Assembly (NCBI GenBank): GCA_964470865.1
Contig: CAYYFR010000005.1
Coordinates: 10,858 to 74,857, forward strand
DNA from: an uncultured Burkholderiales bacterium
GTDB lineage: Bacteria; Pseudomonadota; Gammaproteobacteria; Burkholderiales; JAEUOS01
Direction: 5' to 3'
DNA: 64,000 nt
Part shown: in pieces, positions 1-8,477 of the stretch
Numbering within the stretch: the stretch's first letter is position 1
Layout: each line of letters starts with the position of its first letter
Program-made: the position numbers and the translations under genes
Notes under the pieces: model-generated
Databases searched by the model: none
Seen by the model: only the letters and a program-made list of their open reading frames with translations
Told to the model about the DNA's origin: nothing

Positions 1-1028
1 CTGACCCCGCAGATGGAACGGCGCATCGGTAAATCCTATTACCGCGAATTGCGGCGCGATCCGGTCTATCTGGAGGATGCGGAAGTCAAGGCGTATTGCG
101 AGGAGCGGGCAGGCGGCTGATCGCCGCCGGGCCCGATCCCGGCATGGAGGTCGCGTTTTTCGTCATGCAGGATCCGACCATCAATGCCTTCGCGATGCTG
201 GGCGGCTACATCAGCATCAATAGCGGACTGCTGCTGGCGGCAAGAGCGAATCCGAAGCCGCCAGCGTCATCGGGCATGAATTTGGCCAATTGACCCAGCG
301 CCACATCGCCCGCAGCGTCAGCGCCGGCCAGCGAACCTCGATGGTGTCGATGATCGCGATGGCATTGGCGCTGCTGGCAGCGCGCTCCAACGGGCAGGTG
401 GCCTCGGGCGTTGTGGCCGGTGTGCAGGCCTCTCAGGTGCAATCGCAGTTGGCGTTTTCGCGCGCTTTCGAACGCGAAGCCGACCGTGTCGGCTTCGAGA
501 CGCTGCGCAAGGCCGGTTTCGACGTCAGCGCCTTGCCTGCGTTCTTCGAGCGCCTGCAGCGCGCCGGACGCGTCTACGAATCCGATGCGCCGGTTTACGT
601 GCGCAGCCACCCGCTGACGACCGAGCGTATCTCCGACGTGCAGAACCGCGTCCCGGGGGGCGCGCTATCGCCAATATGTCGATAGCCTTGGGTTTCGTCT
701 GGCGCGTGTGAAATTGCGGGCCACTGCGGACGCCGGTGTGGATGGCGTGCGCAATGCCCTCAAATTTTTCGCCACCCAAATCGCCGAGCGCAACTACGCC
801 AACGAGGGTGCTGCCCGCTATGGACAGGCCCAGACGCAATTGATGGCGCGCGATTTCAAGGCCGCAGCCCAGTCGCTGGCGCTAGTCCCGAAGGATGCGA
901 CGCATCCAATGATTGACGCCCTGGGCGCGCGTATCAAGACGGCCGCCGGCGACGGCCCTGGCGCCATCGCGGCGTATCGCACCGCGCTGGTGAAATTTCC
1001 GCGCACCCGCTATCTTGAACTTAGGTAA
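1..1028 (+). pseudogene. BepA/YfgC-like M48 metalloprotease with TPR tail, disrupted (at least 3 frameshifts, degenerate zinc motif, 3' truncation); 5' end outside window
   Basis: Family-like sequence is spread over four frame segments: frame 1 (1-117, ...RELRRDPVYLEDAEVKAY, stop 118-120); frame 3 (96-293, EVAFFVMQDPTINAFAMLGGYISINSGLLLAA); frame 2 (open 224-685, SESEAASVIGHEFGQLTQRHIARS...FEREADRVGFETLRKAGFD...RSHPLTTERISDVQNR); frame 3 again (open 618-1028, RYRQYVDSLGFRLARVKLRA...). The last shift sits at a G6 run (655-660). HExxH reads HEFGQ. Confidence 0.75.
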
Positions 1029-1184
1029 AGAAACTATTGCGCGCCTGGGAGGCCCAGACCGAGCGACTCATCGGCGTACAAGTTCAGCAAGCTCGTTGAC
1101 CTCGGCATGCGCCCGGGAAATTACGCACAATCGCGGTCGGAGATGTGCGGAATGTGAGTCCTGAAGCTTCGGCTACTTGCATTT

Positions 1185-2933
1185 TCAAACCTCCAGTTGT
1201 GATGTTCGCGAGTGCTTACCATCGACCCAATTACGCCATAGGGCCCTATACGCTTTTTCGAGATTAGAGGCCATTTCGCCCCCGTTCATCGCCTGACCGA
1301 CCTGCATTTGCGGGCGCAAGTAGGAGCGCAGAAACGTCCGCCTTGCCGCGTCATCGGCAAGCGCCACCGCTGCCTCCACGTACTGCTCCGGTGAGCGCGT
1401 ACAAAGGTCCGCCAGGCCTACCCCTCCGAGCAAACCTTCCGCGACGCGCCCGATTTCATGGCTGGTCGCCATGCTGATCACCGGCACCGCCATCCACAGC
1501 GTATGCAGCGTGGTGGTGCCGCCGTTGTAGGGGAATGGGTCGAGCGCAATGTCGGCGCTCCCGACCATGCCCAGAAACCTGGCCAACGGCTGGAACCCTT
1601 CAACCACGATGCGCTGCGGGTCGATTGCGCGCGCGACGAACTTCGCACGCACCGCCGCGCGGCCGCCTGGCGTGTCGCCACCGGCAGCTATCACCAGCAG
1701 TTCGGCCGACGGCACACGCGTGAGGATGCGGGCCCAGACGTCGATGACCGCATCGGACACCTTGGTCCAGTTGTTGAACGAGGCAAAGCGCACATGGCCG
1801 CGTGCCAGGGACGGCGGCGGGCCGGGTTCGGGTGCGTCCGGGGCTGCGGACCATGCTGCGGCATGCGGCAAGCGGTAAATCGACTCGGAATAGCGCGCCT
1901 CGCAGCCCGGCGGGCACAGGCAGGCGTCGCTCAAGCGATAGTCGATGGAGGTAAGTCCGGTCGTATTCATGTAGCCAAACCAGGTTGCAGCAACCGGCGC
2001 GGGCTTCATCGCGAACAGCGGCAGGCGATTGCCCCCGGTGTGGCCGGACAAATCAACCAGGATATCGATGCGGTCTTGGCGAATCCGCCGTGCCAGCGCG
2101 GCATCGTCCAGGCCGGCGATCTTTACCCAGTGCTCGGACAACGACATCAGCCGCTTGGTAAAGGCGTCGCCCGGGCCGGCGTGGTTGTCATAGCAGGTTA
2201 CCTCGAAGCGGCTGCGATCGTGCCGCTCAAGGACCGGCGCCAGAAAGAACGCCACCGAATGGGTGCGCAAATCCGCCGACACATAACCGATCTTCAGACG
2301 GCGATCGGGATCCGCATCATTGCCGTGCGGCGTCCGTGCCGCCGCCAGCCGCGCCTCCAGCGCCCGCCCCCAGGCGAAATGCTGCTCCGCGATCTGCGTC
2401 GGCGACAGGCGGGGGTCATGGTTCAGGATGAACAGGCGATTGCTGTGAATCGCGTCCGCCAGCGGATCCATCGCGATGGCCCGGTCCATGTGGATCAAAG
2501 CCTCTTCGATATGGCCTTGCTGAAACAGGATGCCACCCACGCAAGAGATCAATTCCGGCTGCGGCTGCAACTCGACCGCGCGGCGAAAGGCCTGCAGTGC
2601 GTCATCCAGGTTGCCCAGCGCGCGGGCCGCCACGGCGCGCGTGATCCAGGCCTGCGCATGACCGGGCGCCTGCGCCAGCACCTCGTCGCACAAGCTTATC
2701 GCGTCCGCGTGATCACCGGCCAGGTGGTGCATCGTAGCGCGCCCGTGCAGTGCCGGAATCGAGGCCGGATCCAGTGCCAGCGCCCGCTCGAAGCAGATCG
2801 CCGCGTCCGCCAGCTCACCGGTATTGTTATGCGCGATGCCTTGTTCAACCCAGCGCGTGGCGGCAAGCGCAGGATCGACCGCTCGGTCTGGCGCCAGGCG
2901 CTTGCCGATTGCCCCCAGCAGCCGCCCTAGCAT
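1185..2933 (-). CDS. TPR-repeat protein with C-terminal GT41 (O-GlcNAc transferase/SPINDLY-like) glycosyltransferase domain
   Basis: ORF 1185-2963. TPR-like repeats (AICFERALALDP, AFRRAVELQP, HMDRAIAMDP) are followed by GT41-type motifs LKIGYVSADLRTHSVAFF, IDILVDLSGHTGGNRL, KPAPVAATWFGYMNTTGL, RFASFNNWTKVS..VWARIL. Start placed at ATG 2933 (MLGRLL), overlapping the upstream TAG (2927-2929) by 7 nt; an upstream alternative start at 2963 is possible. Confidence 0.85.
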   Translation of the reverse strand: MLGRLLGAIGKRLAPDRAVDPALAATRWVEQGIAHNNTGELADAAICFERALALDPASIPALHGRATMHHLAGDHADAISLCDEVLAQAPGHAQAWITRAVAARALGNLDDALQAFRRAVELQPQPELISCVGGILFQQGHIEEALIHMDRAIAMDPLADAIHSNRLFILNHDPRLSPTQIAEQHFAWGRALEARLAAARTPHGNDADPDRRLKIGYVSADLRTHSVAFFLAPVLERHDRSRFEVTCYDNHAGPGDAFTKRLMSLSEHWVKIAGLDDAALARRIRQDRIDILVDLSGHTGGNRLPLFAMKPAPVAATWFGYMNTTGLTSIDYRLSDACLCPPGCEARYSESIYRLPHAAAWSAAPDAPEPGPPPSLARGHVRFASFNNWTKVSDAVIDVWARILTRVPSAELLVIAAGGDTPGGRAAVRAKFVARAIDPQRIVVEGFQPLARFLGMVGSADIALDPFPYNGGTTTLHTLWMAVPVISMATSHEIGRVAEGLLGGVGLADLCTRSPEQYVEAAVALADDAARRTFLRSYLRPQMQVGQAMNGGEMASNLEKAYRALWRNWVDGKHSRTSQLEV

Positions 2934-4912
2934 GGCGCCGCCGCAATCTGCCGCGGCACACAAAATGCTGCGGGGGCCGCGCCAGACTGCGCCATCGTGT
3001 GCATGGTGCTGTAGGCGGCTTCGAGACGAAGGGTGTACGACTGCGTGTCGAACAAGGGGCCGTCAGACCGTGCCCGCACACAGCGGCGCCTCAAGTCGTC
3101 CATGCGCGACCGGTCATGCGCCAGGGCGATCGCCAGGTCACGATAGCTTTCAAGATTTGCACATGCCAGTTCGTCCAGCCCCGCGGCACACAGGATGCTC
3201 GCGGCCACTCGTGACGAAAAGCTGTCACCGCTTGCAGTGATCAGAGGCAAGCCGGCCCAGATTGCATCGCTTGCGGTGGTGTGCGCATTGACATAGTGCG
3301 TATCGAGAAAAAGGTCGGCCAGCGACATGCGGGCCAGATGTTGGTCCCGCGGCAGCGGGCCGGCGAAAATCAGCCGTGACGAATCAATGCCGCGCAGGCC
3401 GGCGGCATTGACCAGATTGGCGCGCGCATCATCGCGGTCGGCAAGTATCCAAAGCACCGAGCCGGGCACGGCATGCAAAATATCCATCCAGACGCCAAAG
3501 ATCCGCGGCTCGATCTTGTAGCAGGAATTGAACGAGCAGAATACGAAGCTTTGCGGCGGCAGCCCGAGTTCTGCGCGTGTTGGCACTTGCGGAGACGTGC
3601 GCTGGGCGTTGTCGGTTGGCTGATAGCAATACGGCAAATAAACCACATGTTCGGAGTACCAGGGCTCATCGCCCGGCCGCACCAGAACCGGATCGGCGAT
3701 CAGGTAATCGATGAACCCCGCGGCAACCGTGCCCGGATAGCCGAGAAAGCTGACCTGTACCGGCGCCGGCCGCAACGCGGCGATTTCCGGCCGGCCGGCA
3801 CCGGCGTAGCCGTTCAGGTCGATCAGAATATCGATGTCGTCGTCGATGATGCGTTGCGCCGTTGTCAACGGCGAGTGCAAAGCCATATCGGCAAACCGAT
3901 CAAACAGGGCCATCACCCGGTCGCGAAAGTCGCTGCCGTCACCCGCGCCCAGCGAATAGGCGAACAGCTCGAAACGGCTACGGTCGTGGCTGGCGAGCAC
4001 GCCTTGCAGCAGGTGCATGCTCGGATGCGTATGGAAATCGGCAGACAGGTAGCCGAGCCTGATCCGCGCCGGCCCGGCCTGCCGCCGATGACGATTCAGT
4101 TGCTGCGCCATAGGCGCCACCCGCGCCACGAAAGTCGCACCGCTGCGGCGCGCCACGGCGAAGCGCGCGCGACGCGAGGCAGGCACACAGTCGGCCACTG
4201 CCGGCGCCAGCAGCGGGGTGGCAGCAGGCAGCATGCCGGCCGCGTCCTGTTCGAGATACGCAACCAGCCTTGCGGTCGGAAAGCCCCAGTCGCAACGGCG
4301 CGCATACGCCATGTACCCAAGGATCGGGATCGTCGCCGAATCCGGATCAAGTGCAGTCGCCTGCCGGCAGCAGGCCGGGCCGTCGATTTGCGGAAAAAAC
4401 GCCTCAAGGCCGGCCAGCGCCAGCCACAAGCCCGCGGCGTCGACCCGCTCCAGCATGTCGCCATGGGCCAGTGCGTTGAGCAGAACCTGATGCGCACGCA
4501 GCGGGTCACCAAGGGCTAGATGAACATCCTTCAAATTCAGTGTCGGCGCGACCAGGGTCGGTGCGTCAAGCACCGCGCTCTCCAGTTCGTCGCGTGCTTG
4601 CTCCAGCTTCCCGCAGCGCCCCAGCGCCAGCCCGAGATTGGCACGAATGATCGGGTCGTGCGGATCGCTTGCCACTGCGCGGGCGATGATTGCAGCGGCT
4701 GCGGCGGGCTGGTGGTCGCTCAATTCGATCAGCCCGGCCATGTGCAGGGCCTGGGCATCCAACGGGTCTGCGCGCAGGCAGCCCGCGAGTACGGCTCGTG
4801 CAGCCGCGGTGTCGCCCGCACGAACCAGTTCACCCGCGCGCGCAACATCGAATGAAGAATGCGGCTTGGCCACTTTCGAACGCGTGAGCTGTCGATACAA
4901 GTTCTTGAGCAC
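2927..4912 (-). CDS. TPR-repeat O-GlcNAc transferase homologue (GT41)
   Basis: 661-aa ORF. The C-terminal half is collinear with the eukaryotic OGT catalytic lobes as I recall them: IRLGYLSADFHTHPSMHLL, IDILIDLNGYAGAGRP, PAPVQVSFLGYPGT, FVFCSFNSCYKIEPRIFGVWMDILHAVPGSVLWIL, DTHYVNAHTTASDAIWAGLPLIT, SRVAASIL. N-terminal TPRs. GTG start at 4912 has no clear SD, so the start is uncertain. Confidence 0.9.
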   Translation of the reverse strand: MLKNLYRQLTRSKVAKPHSSFDVARAGELVRAGDTAAARAVLAGCLRADPLDAQALHMAGLIELSDHQPAAAAAIIARAVASDPHDPIIRANLGLALGRCGKLEQARDELESAVLDAPTLVAPTLNLKDVHLALGDPLRAHQVLLNALAHGDMLERVDAAGLWLALAGLEAFFPQIDGPACCRQATALDPDSATIPILGYMAYARRCDWGFPTARLVAYLEQDAAGMLPAATPLLAPAVADCVPASRRARFAVARRSGATFVARVAPMAQQLNRHRRQAGPARIRLGYLSADFHTHPSMHLLQGVLASHDRSRFELFAYSLGAGDGSDFRDRVMALFDRFADMALHSPLTTAQRIIDDDIDILIDLNGYAGAGRPEIAALRPAPVQVSFLGYPGTVAAGFIDYLIADPVLVRPGDEPWYSEHVVYLPYCYQPTDNAQRTSPQVPTRAELGLPPQSFVFCSFNSCYKIEPRIFGVWMDILHAVPGSVLWILADRDDARANLVNAAGLRGIDSSRLIFAGPLPRDQHLARMSLADLFLDTHYVNAHTTASDAIWAGLPLITASGDSFSSRVAASILCAAGLDELACANLESYRDLAIALAHDRSRMDDLRRRCVRARSDGPLFDTQSYTLRLEAAYSTMHTMAQSGAAPAAFCVPRQIAAAPC

Positions 4913-5095
4913 GGGTGGATACTGGCGATCAGGAAAACGCTGAAAGAATCCAAGAGCGGCGGACTACCGCAAGAACGGACTCATCCATTCAATTCGACGC
5001 AACTGCCAGCGCGTGCCCGTCGCGTCTACTGAGGATTCAACTGCGGCGTTTTGGGAAGAGGCCTTGCCGCAGCACCGCCCAATGTGACAGCACCA

Positions 5096-5121
5096 ACAAA
5101 AAACCCCTCTCGCGAGGGGTC
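5096..5121 (-). terminator. Rho-independent terminator downstream of the distal pilin gene
   Basis: 7-bp GC-rich stem (5103-5109 / 5114-5120) with a 4-nt loop, followed on the minus strand by TTTTTGTTG. Lies 22 nt after the pilin stop codon. Confidence 0.7.
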
Positions 5122-5142
5122 TTTTGCGCGATCCGGCTACGC

Positions 5143-5562
5143 TTAACGGCAGGTAGCAGGCATGTACTTCGAAGGTGTTCCGAGGCACGCCCAGGTGATG
5201 GTGCCGGTACCGGTGTTGTAGGTCGGGGTGATGGTAATCGATACGTTCTGGCCAATTGAGGTAGCGAGAGTGTTGCCTTGAATGGTAATTATGCCCGGTA
5301 AGGTCACGCCGCCGCCCGATATCTTGCCAACGGTATTGAAGGTGAGGCCGGAACCCGCGGTGGTGACGTCGTTGTCGGTCTGGAACTTCTCCGAGATGGC
5401 CGTGCGATACGAGCTACCCGCCAGGATCAGTTCCGAAACGCGCGCACGCACCGTGTAATCCTGATACGCAGGCAACGCGACGGCCGCCAAGATACCGATA
5501 ATCGCAACCACGATCATCAGTTCGATCAGGGTAAAACCCTTCTGAAGCAAAATCTTATTCAT
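5143..5562 (-). CDS. pilA: Type IVa major pilin (PilA-like), copy 1
   Basis: 139 aa. Short leader MNKILLQKG followed by [27 protein letters not shown] (class III signal/N-methylation motif). C-terminal disulfide loop [18 protein letters not shown] 6 nt upstream of the ATG. Confidence 0.92.
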   Translation of the reverse strand: MNKILLQKGFTLIELMIVVAIIGILAAVALPAYQDYTVRARVSELILAGSSYRTAISEKFQTDNDVTTAGSGLTFNTVGKISGGGVTLPGIITIQGNTLATSIGQNVSITITPTYNTGTGTITWACLGTPSKYMPATCR

Positions 5563-5615
5563 ATTGAAGCTCTCCTGTCGGAAAATGGTAATGCCGTGTT
5601 TGGCAAGTAACTATA

Positions 5616-5631
5616 TACAAGATGCGTGCCA
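5616..5631 (-). promoter_or_regulatory. Sigma54-type -24/-12 promoter candidate for pilin copy 1
   Basis: Minus strand reads TGGCACGCATCTTGTA. GG-N10 spacing is correct and the TGGCAC -24 element is perfect, but -12 is TTGT instead of TTGC. Lies 54-69 nt upstream of the ATG. The same element recurs upstream of copy 2. Confidence 0.5.
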
Positions 5632-5696
5632 AAACCTAAGCCATTGAAAATAAACGACTTCATTTATTCCATTGTCATAGAGATCAGCAGTTTTGC

Positions 5697-5725
5697 GTCA
5701 CCCGAGTGACAAAATTTGTCACTTC
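5697..5725. promoter_or_regulatory. Inverted-repeat cluster (candidate enhancer-binding-protein/PilR-type UAS) upstream of pilin copy 1
   Basis: GTCAC-ccga-GTGAC-aaaattt-GTCAC. It includes the perfect 15-bp palindrome TGACAAAATTTGTCA (5707-5721). Located 66-94 bp upstream of the -24 element. TGTC motifs occur nearby. Confidence 0.35.
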
Positions 5726-5905
5726 CCTGTCAGCCAGCCTGCCTGCATCCGCACACCGTCAATGACGACGCCAAACGCGTGCCTGCCACTTGACATGCGA
5801 CACAGTAGCGCAGCCGCGCTCGGGTGAAGCGTCCAATAGCGACCCGTTGCGCGCCCATTTCAATGCTTGTGGGCAGCGCTTCGCATCGGGTCGGGCGCAC
5901 CAATG

Positions 5906-5928
5906 AAAAAGCCCCGCTCGCGCGGGGC
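5906..5928 (-). terminator. Rho-independent terminator between the two pilin genes
   Basis: Stem GCCCCGC/GCGGGGC (5911-5917 / 5922-5928) with a 4-nt loop; a T5 tract on the minus strand (5906-5910). Confidence 0.7.
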
Positions 5929-5953
5929 CTCCTGGTTCACAGGGCGCTTGCGA

Positions 5954-6373
5954 TCAGCGGCAGGTAGCCGGCATGTACTTCGAAGGCGTGCCCAGGCAGG
6001 CCCAGGTGATGGTGCCGGTGCCGGTGTTGTAGGTCGGGGTGATGGTAATCGATACGGCCTGACCAATAGAGGTGGCGGCGGTGCTGCCTTGAATGGTGAC
6101 GATGCCACCTGCAGTCACGCCGCCCCCGGAAATCTTGCCTACGGTGTTGAATGTCAGCCCCGAACCTGCGATGGTGACGTCGTTATCGGCCTGGAACTTT
6201 TCGGAAATCGCCGTCCGATACGAGCTGCCCGCCAGGATCAACTCCGACACCTTGGCGCGAATGGTGTAATCCTGATACGCGGGCAAGGCGACGGCGGCCA
6301 GGATACCAATGATCGCAACAACGATCATCAGTTCGATCAGGGTAAAACCCTTTTGTAGCTGAACCTTGTACAT
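5954..6373 (-). CDS. pilA: Type IVa major pilin (PilA-like), copy 2
   Basis: ORF 5954-6448, trimmed to ATG 6373 ([36 protein letters not shown]) with AGGAGG 8 nt upstream. 139 aa, paralogous to copy 1 along its whole length. Confidence 0.92.
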   Translation of the reverse strand: MYKVQLQKGFTLIELMIVVAIIGILAAVALPAYQDYTIRAKVSELILAGSSYRTAISEKFQADNDVTIAGSGLTFNTVGKISGGGVTAGGIVTIQGSTAATSIGQAVSITITPTYNTGTGTITWACLGTPSKYMPATCR

Positions 6374-6426
6374 CGTGACGACCTCCTGTCGAAAACTCCC
6401 AATGCCGGGCGTGGCAATCGGGTACA

Positions 6427-6442
6427 TACAAGATGTGTGCCA
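6427..6442 (-). promoter_or_regulatory. Sigma54-type -24/-12 promoter candidate for pilin copy 2
   Basis: Minus strand reads TGGCACACATCTTGTA, the same architecture and the same TTGT -12 element as copy 1. Lies 54-69 nt upstream of ATG 6373. Confidence 0.5.
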
Positions 6443-6515
6443 GGACATACCACATTGAATTTAAAGAGTTATTCCATTCTAAATGCGCGGAAAGTGGCAG
6501 TTTTGGGCCGCTTTT

Positions 6516-6532
6516 GTGACCACCATCGTCAC
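6516..6532. promoter_or_regulatory. GTGAC-N7-GTCAC inverted repeat upstream of pilin copy 2 (candidate UAS)
   Basis: Same half-site (GTGAC/GTCAC) as upstream of copy 1, at a comparable distance (74-90 bp) from the -24 element. Confidence 0.3.
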
Positions 6533-6794
6533 CAGCGACCGGAACAAGCGACGACTTGCCATCGCCTTCGCCGCGCATGCCGGCAGCGCCAGGAACATGC
6601 CAGGCTGCGCGTATGGCCGCGATCGACCATACCAGCGGCAAGCCACAGATTTGGTCTTTTATAACCATTAGTGATTTACATTACACTCATTATTATTGGA
6701 ATGTTATAAGACGTTCAGCTAGCATCGTGCCTCCCAAACGCCGGATTTGGTCACGCATGGCGAGGTGACCCGCCGCGACTCCCAGGACCGCACC

Positions 6795-8477
6795 ATGTAC
6801 CGTTACGACAAAGTCGACCAGACCCTGGTCGAACAACGGGTCGCACAGTTTCGCGACCAGACGCGCCGCTATTTCGCCGGCGAACTCGCCGAAGAGGAGT
6901 TCCGCCCGCTGCGCCTGCAAAACGGCTTGTACCTGCAGCGCCATGCGCCGATGCTGCGGGTTGCCATCCCGTATGGGTTGCTGGCAGCCGCGCAGTTGCG
7001 CAAGCTGGCTTCGATCGCGCGCACTTACGATCGCGGTTACGGCCACTTCACCACGCGCCAGAATGTCCAGTTCAACTGGCCGCGCCTGGAAGACGGGCCG
7101 GACATCCTGGCCGAGTTGGCAACGGTCGAAATGCATGCCATCCAGACCTCCGGCAACTGCGTGCGCAACACCACCTCCGACCAGTTCGCCGGGGTGGCGC
7201 ACGACGAGATCGTCGATCCGCGGCCTTATTGCGAACTGATCCGCCAATGGTCGACCTTTCACCCGGAATTCGCCTATTTGCCGCGCAAGTTCAAGATCGC
7301 CGTTTCGTCCTCTCTCGAAGACCGAGCGGCTACATTTGTGCACGACATCGGGTTGCACATAATCCGCAATGGCGCCGGCGAAATCGGTGCCCGCGTGATC
7401 GTCGGCGGCGGCCTCGGCCGCACACCGGTGATCGGCACGGTGATCCGCGAATTCATCGCGCGCGCGGAACTGATCAACTACCTCGATGCCATCCTGCGCG
7501 TCTACAACCGCTTCGGGCGCCGCGACAACAAGTACAAGGCGCGCATCAAGATCCTGGTGCGCGAACTGACGCCCGCCAGGTTCGCCGCCGAAGTCGAAGC
7601 TGAATGGGCGCACCTGCAAGGCGGATCCGCGCTCGTGCCGGATGCGGAGTTCGAGCGCATCGAATCCTTCTTTACAGCGCCGGCCTATGAAACCCTGGCA
7701 CAGGCCGACGCCGGTTTCGAGCGCAACAAGGCCCTTGACCGAGGCTTTGCGCGCTGGGTCGCGCAAAATACCTTCGGCCACAAGGTGCCAGGCTATGCTG
7801 CGGTGACCCTGTCGCTCAAGGCGCCCGGGGTGCCGCCAGGTGACGCTACTGCCGGGCAAATGGAGGCCGTGGCAGACTTGGCAGAGCGCTTTTCCTTCGG
7901 CGAAGTGCGCGTTTCCCACGAACAGAACCTGATCCTGGCCGACGTGCGAAAGGCCGACCTCCACACCGTGTGGCAGGAAGCGCGCAAGGCCGACCTGGCC
8001 ACTTCCAACATCGGCCTCATCACCAACATCGTGTGCTGCCCGGGTGGCGACTTCTGCTCGCTGGCGAACGCCAAGTCGATTTCCGTCGCAGCCGACATCC
8101 AGGCGCGCTTCGAGGACCTCGACTACGAGTACGACTTGGGGCCGATCGACCTGAACATCTCCGGCTGCATCAACGCCTGCGGCCACCACCATGTCGGTCA
8201 CATCGGCATCCTCGGTGTCGACAAGGATGGTTCGGAGTGGTACCAGGTGACCCTGGGCGGCTCGCAAGGCAGCAATGCGGCCATCGGCAGGATCATCGGG
8301 CGTTCGTTCGCCGCCAACGAGATCGCCGCTGCGATCGAAAAGATCATCGACGTCTATGTCGAATCGCGCCACGTCCACAACGACCTGAGCGAACCCTTGG
8401 TCGACACCGTGCGACGGATCGGTCTCGAACCGTTCAAGGCGCGCGTCTACGCAAGCCCCGCACTGAAGGTGGCATGA
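6795..8477 (+). CDS. cysI: Assimilatory sulfite reductase hemoprotein (nitrite/sulfite reductase family)
   Basis: ORF 6747-8477, start set to ATG 6795 (MYRYDKVDQ) with AGGA 7 nt upstream. Siroheme/4Fe-4S cysteine clusters VCCPGGDFCSLA and SGCINACGHHHVGHIG. Followed by DUF934 and cobA. Confidence 0.9.
   Translation: MYRYDKVDQTLVEQRVAQFRDQTRRYFAGELAEEEFRPLRLQNGLYLQRHAPMLRVAIPYGLLAAAQLRKLASIARTYDRGYGHFTTRQNVQFNWPRLEDGPDILAELATVEMHAIQTSGNCVRNTTSDQFAGVAHDEIVDPRPYCELIRQWSTFHPEFAYLPRKFKIAVSSSLEDRAATFVHDIGLHIIRNGAGEIGARVIVGGGLGRTPVIGTVIREFIARAELINYLDAILRVYNRFGRRDNKYKARIKILVRELTPARFAAEVEAEWAHLQGGSALVPDAEFERIESFFTAPAYETLAQADAGFERNKALDRGFARWVAQNTFGHKVPGYAAVTLSLKAPGVPPGDATAGQMEAVADLAERFSFGEVRVSHEQNLILADVRKADLHTVWQEARKADLATSNIGLITNIVCCPGGDFCSLANAKSISVAADIQARFEDLDYEYDLGPIDLNISGCINACGHHHVGHIGILGVDKDGSEWYQVTLGGSQGSNAAIGRIIGRSFAANEIAAAIEKIIDVYVESRHVHNDLSEPLVDTVRRIGLEPFKARVYASPALKVA

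Noticed and set aside
1458-4519. Long plus-strand ORFs (1458-2930, 490 aa; 3473-4519, 348 aa) opposite the two GT41 genes
   Set aside because: They are antisense to ORFs with unmistakable TPR/OGT motifs. Their products are Arg/His/Gln/Gly-rich low-information sequences.
4915-6108. ORFs 4915-5259 (+), 5037-5255 (-), 5860-6108 (-) and 5867-6358 (+) around the pilin genes
   Set aside because: They overlap the pilin coding sequences or their terminators in other frames. The two minus-strand ones are mirror products of the duplicated pilin 3' ends ([10 protein letters not shown]...), not independent genes.
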